Of a stretch of DNA of 64,000 bases, positions 47,943-58,700 are shown one piece after another. How positions within the stretch are numbered: position 1 is the first letter of the stretch; each line of letters starts with the position of its first letter. Under the pieces are notes generated by a model. The model was not told the origin of the DNA. It made no database searches and worked only from the letters and a program-made list of their open reading frames with translations. The translations under genes were made by a program, and so were the position numbers. The DNA lies in the NCBI GenBank assembly GCA_044222185.1, contig JBGANV010000002.1:544001-608000 (forward strand), read 5' to 3'. The stretch comes from Planctomycetota bacterium (GTDB lineage: Bacteria > Planctomycetota > GCA-002687715 > CAIWVZ01).

Positions 47943-48485
47943 TCAGCCCTTCGAGCGCTTGGCGCGGTACTTCAGGTGTTCGCGCAGGAAGCCGAGGGTT
48001 TTGATGTCGGTCAGTCGATCGATGTAGATGACGCCGTCCAGATGGTCGCACTCGTGCTGGGCGACGGCGGCCGCGAACCCGAGCAGGACCTCGTCCATGG
48101 GCTTGCCCTCGCGGTCCAACCCCTGGAGGCGGATCTTCGCGCAACGGGTGACTTCGCCCCGCAGGTCGGGAACGGACAGGCAGCCCTCGAAGTGAGTGAG
48201 GGTCTCGTCCGTCAGGAACGTGATCTCGGGGTTGACGACGATTCGCAGGGAGTCCGGCGGGGCGTCGGGATTCTTCGGGTCTCGCGCCCACTCCATCATG
48301 ACGATGCGCTTGAGGACGCCCACTTGCGGAGCCGCCAGACCCACGCCTTCGTTCGCGTAGCAGGTGTCGATGAGGTCGTCGATGAACCGCTGCGTTGCGT
48401 GCGAGCGGATCTCCTTCTTCGTGATGGGTGCGGAGACCTTGCGAAGGGTCGGGTCACCGATGCGGAGTATGTCGAGAACGGCCAT
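47943..48485 (-). CDS. def: Peptide deformylase
   Basis: GVGLAAPQVG, EGCLS, QHECDHLDG. Confidence 0.96.
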   Translation of the reverse strand: MAVLDILRIGDPTLRKVSAPITKKEIRSHATQRFIDDLIDTCYANEGVGLAAPQVGVLKRIVMMEWARDPKNPDAPPDSLRIVVNPEITFLTDETLTHFEGCLSVPDLRGEVTRCAKIRLQGLDREGKPMDEVLLGFAAAVAQHECDHLDGVIYIDRLTDIKTLGFLREHLKYRAKRSKG

Positions 48486-48486
48486 G

Positions 48487-49497
48487 TCAGTCGGCGTCCA
48501 GGGCTCGTACGGTTTTCGTGAGTGATTCGTAGGTGTGCAGGTGGTTGTAGAGGCTGAAGGCCGGCCCGTGGGCCAGCCGCTCGGCTGCGGCACGGAACGG
48601 ATCGACGATCAGCCCACACCGGCCCACGTCGGTGACGAGGAGGCCTTCATCGTCGTCGTTGCGCCAGTTGCCGCCGAGCAGCTTGATGAGCGTCCGGCCG
48701 AAGTACGCACCTGCGGCGTGCGCGAACGCTTCGTTCGCCGGGTCGTCCAAATCGGTCGACTCGCCGGGCTCATCCAGGTCGGAGAACAGGAGCTCGAGGT
48801 CGAAGATGCTCTCGCGTGAGCCGTCGAGGGTCGTCCCGAACCCTTGGAAGCGGGACAGCAGATCGGTTTCCAGCCGCGTGACGAGGTCGCGCTGATCGGC
48901 CTCGACGAACGTGAACTCGTCGCCCGCCTCGTCGTAGCGCGCCGCGAACGTGAACGGCCCGACGAGGAACCGCTCGCCGGGCTCCTTCTCGTCCTCGGTG
49001 ACGAGCCGCCAGATCACCCGCCATGCATCCGCCATGGTGCGCTCGAGTTCGGCACGGTCCTTCGTCGCGAAGTAGCCCGATTCGTCGTCCACCGTCAGGT
49101 TGGGGACGAACGCCTCCCTCATGCCCCGCAACAGCTCGCACACTTCGACGTGAACGTCCGGGCCGGCGAACTGTGTCTTCACGAGCGTCTTCTCGCTCAG
49201 CACCGGGGAGGCCCCCGTGCTCGCATCCACGTAATCGTCGACGAGCACGCCGCCGGGGACCGTCACGAGGATCGGCAGGCGCTCGCAGGCGAAGTGGGGC
49301 ATCAGGATCAGGCCGCGGGTCGCCACCTGCTCCAAGGCCTCGTCCGATCCCCCCGAGCGCAGCGCAGCCTGGTGGAACTTCCGCTCCGACGGCCAGACCG
49401 ACCAGTCGAGGTCGCGGGCCTTCTCTTCGACCCACTTGAGGAACGGGTCGAGCCGCTCCGGCTCGACGCTCCCGCCCACTTCGATCGTGATCCCCAT
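48487..49497 (-). CDS. Hypothetical acidic protein (C-terminal DUF3806-like GAYFG...GGxW)
   Basis: Abuts def with a 1-bp gap; strong codon bias; KTQFAG and DESGY motifs. Confidence 0.7.
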   Translation of the reverse strand: MGITIEVGGSVEPERLDPFLKWVEEKARDLDWSVWPSERKFHQAALRSGGSDEALEQVATRGLILMPHFACERLPILVTVPGGVLVDDYVDASTGASPVLSEKTLVKTQFAGPDVHVEVCELLRGMREAFVPNLTVDDESGYFATKDRAELERTMADAWRVIWRLVTEDEKEPGERFLVGPFTFAARYDEAGDEFTFVEADQRDLVTRLETDLLSRFQGFGTTLDGSRESIFDLELLFSDLDEPGESTDLDDPANEAFAHAAGAYFGRTLIKLLGGNWRNDDDEGLLVTDVGRCGLIVDPFRAAAERLAHGPAFSLYNHLHTYESLTKTVRALDAD

Positions 49498-49861
49498 GAG
49501 GCGAGGATCCTACGCAGCGGGCGTGTTCGTCCGAACGTTCGACGGATCGCCCGCGTCGCCTCATCTCGCGCCAGGCGCGACGGTTGAGGGCGGCGGCGGC
49601 GCGCTCGGTTCGTCGAGCCACGAATTCACGGGGATTTTTTGCGCCGTTTCTCGTCGCCACGCGGGCAATACCAGTGGGAAAAAAGGTGTTCTCAGGGCTC
49701 TTGATCGCGCCGGGGTTGTCAAGCCGCGGCGCGATCGCTTTTTGGGGACCCGTTTCCGGATGTGGGCCTTCGCGGGAGGCCCGTCCGCTGCCATGCGGCC
49801 CGCGTGCGCCTTTCGACAGCCATCGCCGTGGATACGATCGTGCCCTCGCGCGAGCGAACCC

Positions 49862-50554
49862 ATGGAACGGTCGAAACTTGGAGCAACCTTCCGCCGCCTG
49901 TACCAGCACACGGTCCGAGTGACCTGGACGGCGCTCCTGCGACTCTTCTTCGGCGCAGTGTTCGAGAACCCGCCGGATTGGAAGGCGCTCGGCCCGGTGA
50001 TCTTCGCTCCCAACCACACCTCCTACCTGGACCCGCTCTTCGTCCAGGCCGCGTCGCCCCGCCACTTGCGTTTCATGATGACGGAGACGATCTACCGGAT
50101 CCCCGCCATCTGCTGGTTCTTCAAGCTGTGGGATGCCATTCCCGTGCCCGACGGCGATGCGGTGAAGGTGGCCGCGATGAAGGACGCGCTCCGGGCGATC
50201 CGCAGTGGCGAGCCGCTCGTGATCTTCCCGGAGGGCGGCATCTCCCGAGACGGCTACCTGAAGTCCGGGAACCCGGGTGTCGTCAGCTTGATGGTGCGGG
50301 CGAAGGTGAAGGTCATCCCCGTGGCGATCCTCGGGGCGTACCAGATCCTCCCGTTCCGGGCGAACTTCCCCCGCGCAGGGCGCGTGAGGGTTCGGTTCGG
50401 CGAGCCGATCTCACCGCCGAGCGAGGATCTGGACCGCGAGGGCATTCGCAAGTTCGCCGCGACGATCATGGATGCGATCCACGCGCTCGGCGCCGCGCGC
50501 GAGGGTGAGCCGCTGCCCGCGATTCCGGCCGTCCCGGGTGCGTGCCCGGCCTGA
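49862..50554 (+). CDS. plsC: 1-acyl-sn-glycerol-3-phosphate acyltransferase (PlsC family)
   Basis: NHTSYLD (HxxxxD), IFPEGG, VIPVAI, VRFGEPI. Confidence 0.9.
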   Translation: MERSKLGATFRRLYQHTVRVTWTALLRLFFGAVFENPPDWKALGPVIFAPNHTSYLDPLFVQAASPRHLRFMMTETIYRIPAICWFFKLWDAIPVPDGDAVKVAAMKDALRAIRSGEPLVIFPEGGISRDGYLKSGNPGVVSLMVRAKVKVIPVAILGAYQILPFRANFPRAGRVRVRFGEPISPPSEDLDREGIRKFAATIMDAIHALGAAREGEPLPAIPAVPGACPA

Positions 50555-50562
50555 CGATCGCC

Positions 50563-51771
50563 TCACTTCACCGACGCGAAGAACTTGCGGATCCGATCCA
50601 AGCCCTTCTCGATGTTCGCACGCGAGCAGGTGTAGGTCAGGCGCAGGTTCGCCGGCGCACCGAACGAATCGCCGGGGATCGTCGCGACGAGTTCGTCCTC
50701 GAGCAGCGCTGCGGCGATGTCCGCGGCCGTGCGGAAGGTCCATTTGCCGCGGCCCTTGCCCAGGTAGGCGGAGACGTCGGGCATCACGTAGAACGCGCCC
50801 TTCGGCTCTGGGCAGCGCACACCTGGGATCGACGTCAGTCCCGCGTGGATGAGGTGACGGCGTGCGTCGAACTCGTCAACCATGGCGTGGTCGACGGCCT
50901 GCCCGCTCTTCAGCGCCGCGATCGCCGCGAGCTGCGTGATGGCGCTCGGGTGGCTGGTCGCCTGGCTCTGGAAGCGACCCATGGCGGTGATGATTTCCTT
51001 CGGTCCGCCGGCAAATCCGGCGCGCCACCCCGTCATGCAGTGCGACTTCGAGAGCCCGTTGATCACCACGACGCGGTCCTTCAGGTCCGGCGCCACGTGG
51101 AGAAGGCTGACGTACTTCGCACCGCCGTAGACGAGGTGCTGATAGATGTCGTCGGAGATCACCACGAGGTCGTGATCGCGCACGACTTGCGCCACCGCCT
51201 CCAGTGACTTGCGCGAGTACACGGCGCCCGTCGGGTTGTTCGGGCTGTTGATCAGGAGGCATCGCGACTTGGGCGTGATGGCCTTTCGGAGTTCGTCCGC
51301 ATCGACCTCGAAGCCCGTTTCGATCTTCGTGGGCACACCGACCGGGGTCGCCTCGACGGCGCGAACCATGTCCGGGTAGGAGTTCCAGTAGGGTGCCGGG
51401 AAGAGGACCTCGTCCCCCGGATTGCACACGGTGTAGAGCGTGTTGTAGATCGCGTGCTTCGCGCCGCTGCAGGCGATGACCTGGTCGGCCTCGAACGGGA
51501 AGCCGTCCTCCTTGAACTTGTTGGAGATCAGCCTCCGCAGATCCAGCAGTCCCATGGCGTGCGTGTACTTGCCGCGGCCGTCGCGGATCGCCTGGTAGGC
51601 GGCGTCCTTCACGTACTGGGGGACGTCGAAGTCGGGCTCGCCGGCGGCAAAGGCGACGACGTCGAGACCTTGCGCCCGCATCTCTGCGGCCTTGCTCGTG
51701 ATCTCGAGAGTGAGGGAATTCCCGACGAGGCCAACGCGACGGCTGGTGAGACTACGCGCGGTGTGGGACAC
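50563..51771 (-). CDS. aspC: PLP-dependent class I/II (aspartate) aminotransferase
   Basis: GEPDF, NSPNNPTG, SDDIY, SKSHCMTGWRAG. GTG start with an AGGAG RBS. Confidence 0.92.
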   Translation of the reverse strand: MSHTARSLTSRRVGLVGNSLTLEITSKAAEMRAQGLDVVAFAAGEPDFDVPQYVKDAAYQAIRDGRGKYTHAMGLLDLRRLISNKFKEDGFPFEADQVIACSGAKHAIYNTLYTVCNPGDEVLFPAPYWNSYPDMVRAVEATPVGVPTKIETGFEVDADELRKAITPKSRCLLINSPNNPTGAVYSRKSLEAVAQVVRDHDLVVISDDIYQHLVYGGAKYVSLLHVAPDLKDRVVVINGLSKSHCMTGWRAGFAGGPKEIITAMGRFQSQATSHPSAITQLAAIAALKSGQAVDHAMVDEFDARRHLIHAGLTSIPGVRCPEPKGAFYVMPDVSAYLGKGRGKWTFRTAADIAAALLEDELVATIPGDSFGAPANLRLTYTCSRANIEKGLDRIRKFFASVK

Positions 51772-51925
51772 GATCGCGACTCCTGCTCTGGTGCGACTTT
51801 GGGACCACAAGCGTCCGTCGCAAGGAAGGCGGCAAGCTATCAGAGCGGCGGAGTGCCGGCAATCGAGGTGTGCTGCGGCGGCTGATCCGGCCCGCGCGAC
51901 CGGGATTCCGGGAGTGGCGGAGTCC

Positions 51926-54900
51926 TCACGGGAGGGCCGCGATGAGCTTCAGATAGCGCAGTTCCGTGCGGGCGGCGTCGTCTTGGATCGGCACCACGGG
52001 CAGCGCCGAGAAATCGAATCGGTCGCAGCGCGTCGGGTCCTCCAGGAACCAGACGAGCTTGTTGCGGAGGTCCTCCGCGCTGCCCAGGTAGAAATGGAGC
52101 CCCGTCTGACCTTCGAGTACGTACTCGGCGAGGCCTCCCTGATCCGACGCGATGACCGGCACCCGTGCGAGCGCCGCCTCGTGGACCGTGAGCGGGGCGT
52201 TCTCGTACCAGAGCGAAGGCACCACGAGCACGTCGATCTGCGCCAGGATCGACTGGACGTCGTGATTGGGGAAGTGCCCCATGAATTGCGTTCGCGGGTT
52301 CCGGTTCAGGCGCGTGATCAGATCCGTGTACTCGACGAAGGCGCGGAGGTCGCCCCAGATCCTGCACTCGGCCCGCGTGTCCTCCGCGAGGCTGTTCATG
52401 GCCTCGATCAGCACGTGGATGCCCTTGTGCTCGCCTATGGTCCCGATGAAGCCGAACCGGACGACCGGTCCGCGCGTCCGAGCCGGGACGTCGCTGAATC
52501 GCGACGTGTCCTGACCGTTGTCGGAGACGATGATCCGATCGCTCGGGATGAACCCCGCGTCGACCATCGTCTTCGCGAGGAAGTGGCTGGGCGAGACGAA
52601 GAGGTCCACGAACTTCGCCGCGTTGCGCCAGGCCTCGATCCGCGACGCAGCCGCGCTCACGTAGAGCTGCGGAGCGAGCTCACCCGCGGGAGTGGGCGGA
52701 GCGACGGGCGCGATTCCCGCATTCACGCGACGGACGACCTCTTGAAGACGGGGCTCGATCCGCGACGTCGCTCCGATGGCGTGCCGAGAGGGGACGTGGT
52801 GAAGATCCAGCGGGAAGTGGCGGATGCAGTCGGCGCACTTCTCGGGGATCGGCTCCAGGCACAGTTCGCCGTCGGCGCGACGGAGCGTCCCGTCCCGTGC
52901 GCACAGGAGCGAGTAGTCGTGGAGCGTGTAGACGATCGGCAGCTCGCGCGCGTGTGCGATCGCGAGGAAGTTGGCGGAGAAGTAGTGCAGGTGCTGGACG
53001 TGCACGAGATCGGGTTTCTCCTCGTCGAGGACGCGCTCGAAGATGGCGTCCATCCGGGGGCAGTCGTAGGTCTCCTCGAACGAGTCCCAGCGGTAGTTGT
53101 GCACGATCTCGTGGATTCGAATCCCATCGAACTCGCGCCGGAGGTGCTCGTACGGGTTCATGTCGTGATGGGCTTCGCAGGTGAGGATCACGACGTCGTG
53201 GCCGCGCGCGCGCATCTCGCGGGCGAGCAGGTAGGTGTACAGCTCCGTCCCCGCCACGTGCCGGGGGAGGAACTGATGCAACACGTAGAGGAGTTTCAGG
53301 CGACCGACGCGCGGTTGCGTCGCTCCGCCGCCCCACAGCGTCTTCTTCACGCGTGAGAGCAGCGACGGCTCGGGGCTCGCGCTCGACGAGAGGTCGACGG
53401 GCGGGCGCATCGAGGGATCGGAGGATTGCGGGACCGGGAGAGCGCGGACGATGTCCACGATGATGCCGTCACGGATGGCGAGCTGGCGCTGGTGTTCCGA
53501 TTCGAGTTCAGCCAGCTTCTGGTCGCGCGCGGCGGACTCGGCTCGCGCCGCGGCGAGCTGCGCGGCGGCCTCGTTGCGGACCTCGGCCTCGCGCGCCCGC
53601 GCCTCCGCTTGCAGCCGGGCTTCCGACTCGCGTGCCTCGGCTCGCAGGCGCGCCGCGCGTTCCTCGGCCTCGACGCGCCCCATCGCGAGGCGCGCCTCGG
53701 CGTCCGTGGAGATCCGAGCCGCGAGGGCGGCCGCTTCGGCGGCGTGTTTCTCCTCCCGCTCGGAGGCCGCCGCGACGAGGAGGTTGTACTCGAGATGCGC
53801 GTCGCCGAGGTCGCCGAGCAGCCGTCGGACGAGGGTCTCGGATTCGGTCAGCCGCGCGGTCAGGTCGGCCTGGCTCGTCGAGGATTCGCCGCGCAGGGCT
53901 CCGAGCGCTTCGTTCAGGCCGGCGATGACCTTGTCCTTCTCCACGTGGAAGCGCTGCATCTCCTCCATCGTCTGGGACGCGCGTTGGACGTCGGATGTGA
54001 GGTTGCGCACCTCGCCAGCGATGAAATCGAGCCTGCGCGTCCGCGCCTCGACCTGCAGCGACCGCCACCGTGCGCGACGTGAACGGAGGGTTGCGGGCGA
54101 TTTCGGCAGCGGAGACTGGAGCGCCAGCACTTCACGGTAGATGTCGACGATCGAGCGCGTGTGCGATTGGAAGCTCTTCAGGTTCGGGATGGCCTGCCGC
54201 CAGCGGCCGACCGTGGACGGGTCCCTGATCACCTGGGCGAGCACTCGGGCCAGGTCCCGGGCATTTTCGGGTTCGAAGGTGGCACCCGCGCGACCGATCC
54301 GCTCGCCGAGCGCCCCGCGCGAGGGAACGATCGCGGGCATCCCCATCTGGAACGCCTCGTCGAGCACGAACGAGTACGACTCGCTGCACCGCGTCGGGAT
54401 GATCGCCACGTCCATGCGCGTGTCCGGCAGGTCCGTGGGCGTGAAGAGCCCGTGCATCGTGACCGGTCCGCGGGCGACGAGTTCGTCGACGCGCGCCCTC
54501 TCGTCCGGATAGACGACGGGGCCGAAAACGTGGAAGTGGGCGCGCGCCTTCAACTCGCCGGGGAGTGATGCCACGGCTTCGAGGAGGATGTCGATGCCCT
54601 TCAGGAACGAGAGGTTTCCCCAATGGCCGAAGTGGATCAGTCCGTCGCTCGGCGCAGCCGATGCGGGCCGCAGGTCGGTGATGCTCCCGTGGGGGACGAC
54701 TCGCAGTGAGCCCGTCACGTCCGGGTGGTGCTTGTGGATCACGCTGCGGTGCGCGGCGGAAGGCACGATCACGCGGCGCGTGAGTCGGACCTCGTTGCGC
54801 AGGTCTTCGCGGAACAGCTCGAGCCCTTCGGCGTTCTCCGCGTCGTCGGCCTCGAACGCGCGGGGCGCGCAGTCGTGGCAGGACGCGGCGCCGGCGGGAC

Positions 54901-55336
54901 GGTCGCAAAGCGACCAGTTGCGGACGCGGAACGCGATGGGGCACGTGGTCCACAGGTCATGGAGCGTGCAGACGGTAGGGATGCCGCGATCGTGGAACAG
55001 CTCGACCAGGTGCCGCGTGAGTCGGATCCAGTGGTGGATGTGCACGAGTTCGGGCTTGAACCGCGCCACGATCTGGTCGACGAGGTGCTCGATCTCCGGT
55101 GCGTACGACTTGTCCCAGTTGTCGACGTAGAGGCTGCTGCGGTGCAGGCGGTGCACGGTGATGCCGGCATGATCGAATGTCTCGATCACATCCGTCGGTC
55201 GGCCTTCGTGGGTCCCCGTCAGCACCTCGACGTGATGGCGGAGCGTCCGCAGCTCCCGAACGAGACGGAAAACGTACGACTCCGTCCCGCCCGAGCACTC
55301 CGGCGGAAAACCATGAACGACCTGCAGCACTCTCAT
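51926..55336 (-). CDS. Two-domain GT4 glycosyltransferase with central coiled coil
   Basis: Two HxF.P...GTE.Y / HDxW..C GT-B domains separated by about 200 aa of Ala/Glu/Arg heptad-like sequence. C-terminal PSLWYENAP motif. Confidence 0.9.
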   Translation of the reverse strand: MRVLQVVHGFPPECSGGTESYVFRLVRELRTLRHHVEVLTGTHEGRPTDVIETFDHAGITVHRLHRSSLYVDNWDKSYAPEIEHLVDQIVARFKPELVHIHHWIRLTRHLVELFHDRGIPTVCTLHDLWTTCPIAFRVRNWSLCDRPAGAASCHDCAPRAFEADDAENAEGLELFREDLRNEVRLTRRVIVPSAAHRSVIHKHHPDVTGSLRVVPHGSITDLRPASAAPSDGLIHFGHWGNLSFLKGIDILLEAVASLPGELKARAHFHVFGPVVYPDERARVDELVARGPVTMHGLFTPTDLPDTRMDVAIIPTRCSESYSFVLDEAFQMGMPAIVPSRGALGERIGRAGATFEPENARDLARVLAQVIRDPSTVGRWRQAIPNLKSFQSHTRSIVDIYREVLALQSPLPKSPATLRSRRARWRSLQVEARTRRLDFIAGEVRNLTSDVQRASQTMEEMQRFHVEKDKVIAGLNEALGALRGESSTSQADLTARLTESETLVRRLLGDLGDAHLEYNLLVAAASEREEKHAAEAAALAARISTDAEARLAMGRVEAEERAARLRAEARESEARLQAEARAREAEVRNEAAAQLAAARAESAARDQKLAELESEHQRQLAIRDGIIVDIVRALPVPQSSDPSMRPPVDLSSSASPEPSLLSRVKKTLWGGGATQPRVGRLKLLYVLHQFLPRHVAGTELYTYLLAREMRARGHDVVILTCEAHHDMNPYEHLRREFDGIRIHEIVHNYRWDSFEETYDCPRMDAIFERVLDEEKPDLVHVQHLHYFSANFLAIAHARELPIVYTLHDYSLLCARDGTLRRADGELCLEPIPEKCADCIRHFPLDLHHVPSRHAIGATSRIEPRLQEVVRRVNAGIAPVAPPTPAGELAPQLYVSAAASRIEAWRNAAKFVDLFVSPSHFLAKTMVDAGFIPSDRIIVSDNGQDTSRFSDVPARTRGPVVRFGFIGTIGEHKGIHVLIEAMNSLAEDTRAECRIWGDLRAFVEYTDLITRLNRNPRTQFMGHFPNHDVQSILAQIDVLVVPSLWYENAPLTVHEAALARVPVIASDQGGLAEYVLEGQTGLHFYLGSAEDLRNKLVWFLEDPTRCDRFDFSALPVVPIQDDAARTELRYLKLIAALP

Positions 55337-55398
55337 CGGGCCAGGATCCTGTCGTGAGGGCCGGAAGTGTAACGCATCGCTGCGTCCGTTCGCCGCCC

Positions 55399-55750
55399 GG
55401 AGCGCCAGGTTCCACCTGGCCGGACCGGCGGGGCTCCGCCCCGCCGCGAACGTCGTACGGCCTTGGTTCACGCCGGTGTGGCGAACGACGTGAGGTTGCC
55501 GATCGAGGCGGGTCCGGAGGCCCCGCCATCCGGCCGCGAAGATCGCGGCGGCGTGAGTTGGCCTGCGGGAGCGCCAGGTTCCACCTGGCCGGACCGGCGG
55601 GGCTCTGCCCCGCCGCGAACGTCGTACGGCGAAGGAGATCGCAACGCGCGTCGTACGGCGTTGGTTCACGCCGGTGTGACGAACGACGTGAGGTTGCCGA
55701 TCGAGGCGGGTCCGGAGGCCCCGCCATCCGGCCGCGGGGCGCGGCGGCGT
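55399..55750. repeat. Tandem duplicated hairpin-rich intergenic element (2 copies, starts 169 bp apart)
   Basis: Copies start at 55399 and 55568 and are near-identical; the second has an insertion of about 29 bp. Internal hairpins GCCAGG/CCTGGC, GGCGGGGC/GCCCCGCC, GGCGGG/CCCGCC. Confidence 0.92.
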
Positions 55751-58700
55751 CTACTTCGACCCGCTTCGCTTCGTCGTCGGGGCCGATTCGGGCTCGTTCG
55801 ACTTCCACGCCTTGCGGAAGACGATGCCGTCGCCGGCATATCGGGCTCGGGTGTTGCGGAAGAGAACGGTGAGATCGCCTTCCTTCTTCGCCGCCGGCAT
55901 CCCGACGCCGAGGAGGTTGATCGTCGTCTCCTCGCCGGGCAGCACGCCGTGTTCGAGGAACCGGTTCGTGACGTTCTTCTCGCGCTGGGTCTCGTGGAGC
56001 TTTCCGTCGGGGCCGATGAAGCGAACGCACAGCTCGACGGAGCCGGCGCACCAGCCGCCGTACCACGGTTGCGGTCCATCGTTGCGCAGCCGGAGGGACA
56101 TGGAGAACCAGTCACCGGGCTTGATGTACTCCGGCACCTTGTGGTCGAGCACCGTGAATTTGAGCTTGGACCCGTCGACGTCGCGCGGCCACGCCAGCTC
56201 TTCGCGCCGGCGCGCCACGAGCGACTTGTCCATGGGGATCGTCGCGAGCTTCTCGATCTCGTCGAGGACGCTGCGGGCCTTGGCGACGACGGCGGCGGCA
56301 TCGGGTCCGGCCGCGGCGAAATGAAGCGCGCGCGCCATGCGGAAGCGGGCGCCGACGTTCTTCAGGGTGCCACGCGCGAGCGCCGACTCGTACTTCTCGA
56401 CGGCGGCGAGCCACTGGCCGTTCAGGAGCTTGTCGTCCGCCGCCATCTCGTCGTCCTGGGCGCTGAGGTTCTTGTCGAGATCGGCTGGCGTCATGACCAG
56501 CGCGAGCGCGGCGCGGGCCCGGTCGCGGATGTCCTCCTCCTCGTTGCGCGCGAGCCGCAGGAGGATGAGCTTGGCGTCCTCGGACTCGTCGTTGCGCATG
56601 GCGTCGACGATCGCGCGGTTGACCTCGGGATGGCGGTAAGGCTCTTCGAAGACGCGATCTCGCAGGATGCGCGTCGGCGGCGGAAGCTTGTCGTTGTGCG
56701 CCGCCTCGACCATCACGCGCATGCGCGGCAGGCTGAGGATCGTCTCCCGCAGCGGGCGCCCGAACTTCACGCTCATGAGGTCCATGTAGAACCAATCCAG
56801 CGCCTTCGGACTGCCGAGGCGAATCAGGCTCCACCCCACGTCGCTCTTGTTGGGGAGCTGGGGCGCATCGACGGCGGCTTCGAGAAGCTCCTTGCCCGCG
56901 TCGTCGCCGATGGCGGCGAGCGCCGTGCAGGCGAGCAGCGTGGACTCGCCGCCCTGCTTCAGTTGACGCTTGAACAGGTCGGCGAATCGTGGACTCTCGC
57001 GGCGGGCGAGGGCCGACAGCACGGCGATCTTCGTGAGGCCTTTCAGCTTGGGATAGACCTCGGCGAGTCGGTCGAATACCGCGTCCATCTGCTCCATGGA
57101 GATCGACGCCAGCGTCTTCGGTTGCAGCTCGCCGTAGGAGTTGAAGAGGTGCTGGTAGATCTGCTCGGCCGCGGGCCGCGCGACCTTCTGGTCGGGATCG
57201 GTGATCTTGCCCAGGAGCGATTCGATCTCGTCCTTCACGGGACGGCTCTCGGCCGCGGCCGTGCCGAAGTAGGTGTCGATGGTCTTGTCCCAGGCCTCGA
57301 GCCAGCCGCGGAGCGTGCCTTCGTCCGCCTCGCCGCGGCCGATCAGCGATTGTCGCTCGCGCGCGTCGCGGTCCAGGTCGTACAGCTCGAAGGTGTTCTC
57401 CTGCACGCGGTAGATGAGCTTCCGCCGGCCGAAGATCACCGCGCGGCGGTCCTTCACGTGCTGCTCGGAGCGGATTCCGAAGACCTCCGAGTAGACGATG
57501 CCGCCTTCCTTCTCGTCACTCCCGAACATGAGCGGAAGCAGCGAGCGCCCCAAGCGGCGGACGGGATCTTTCACCGCGAGCAACTCGGTCATCGTCGGCA
57601 CGAGATCCATGAGCGAGACGTTCGTCTTGACGCGATGGCCCTTGATGCCCGGGATCCGGATCAGCAGCGGAACGTGGATCTGCTCTTCGTAGACCGTGGT
57701 TCCGTGCGTCGTGAAGCCGTGTTCGTTGAACTCCTCGCCGTGGTCGGCGAACAGCACGATGATCGTGTCCTTCAGTCGATCCTGCGCCGCGAGCTCGTCG
57801 AGAATGCGGCCAGCCGCGTGGTCCGAGAACGCGACCTCGCTGTCGTACTCGTCGATGTTCTCCTTGCCGAAGTCGAATTCGGGATGGCGAACGTAAGGCG
57901 CGTGGGGATCGATGAGGTGCGACCAGAGGAAGAAGGGCTTCGCCTTGTCGGCCAGATGACCGCGCAGGACCTTGATCGTCGAGTCGGCGATGTAGGCCCC
58001 GTCCGGAGCGGCGTCCGTCTGATCGGGATTGAAGACGTCGAACCCGTCCTTCAGATTGAGGAAGAGTCGGATGTTCTGCAGGTCGTCGCGATCGAACGAC
58101 GTGACCGCGCATGGCATGAACCCGGCCGTCTTCACGAGGGCCGGGAACGAGTGCAGCGGGTGGTACTCGTACGGCCGGTTGTACTTCTTGCCGAACACGA
58201 GGCTGATGCGGGCGGCCAGCGACGTCAACGTGGCCGAGAACGCGTAGTTGCTGGTCGGATACGGCGTGTACGCATGCTCGAACACGAACGCGTCTTCCGC
58301 GATGCGATCGAGTGTGGGCGTCGTCTTGCGCGGATAGCCGAGGAACCCGCAGTGATCACCCCGCAGCGTGTCGATCGCGAGCCACAGCACGTTGAGCTTG
58401 CGCCGATTGGGCAGGCGTTGGTCCAGCTCCTTCGCGATGTTGGCGCGGTCGGCGACGTTCATCGCCGTGCCGCCGGAGAGTTGCGGCGCGAGCCGGTTGA
58501 CGAGATCCGTCACGTTGACGGCCTCCGCCACCTCGGGCCCCTTGCGCCCGGCGACGCGCATGAGCGGCGCCGCCAGATCGGTGAGCTGGGCGAATCCCTG
58601 CGGGCGATTCGCCACGGCCTGGGCCGCGCGGTCCCACCCCTTCTTGAGCGGACCGACCTTGCGGCCGTGGATCGCGAGTTCGATTCCACCGAATGCCAGC

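Noticed and set aside
49700-49725. Sigma-70 promoter from a minus-strand TTGACA
   Set aside because: No plausible -10 box at 16-18 bp spacing.
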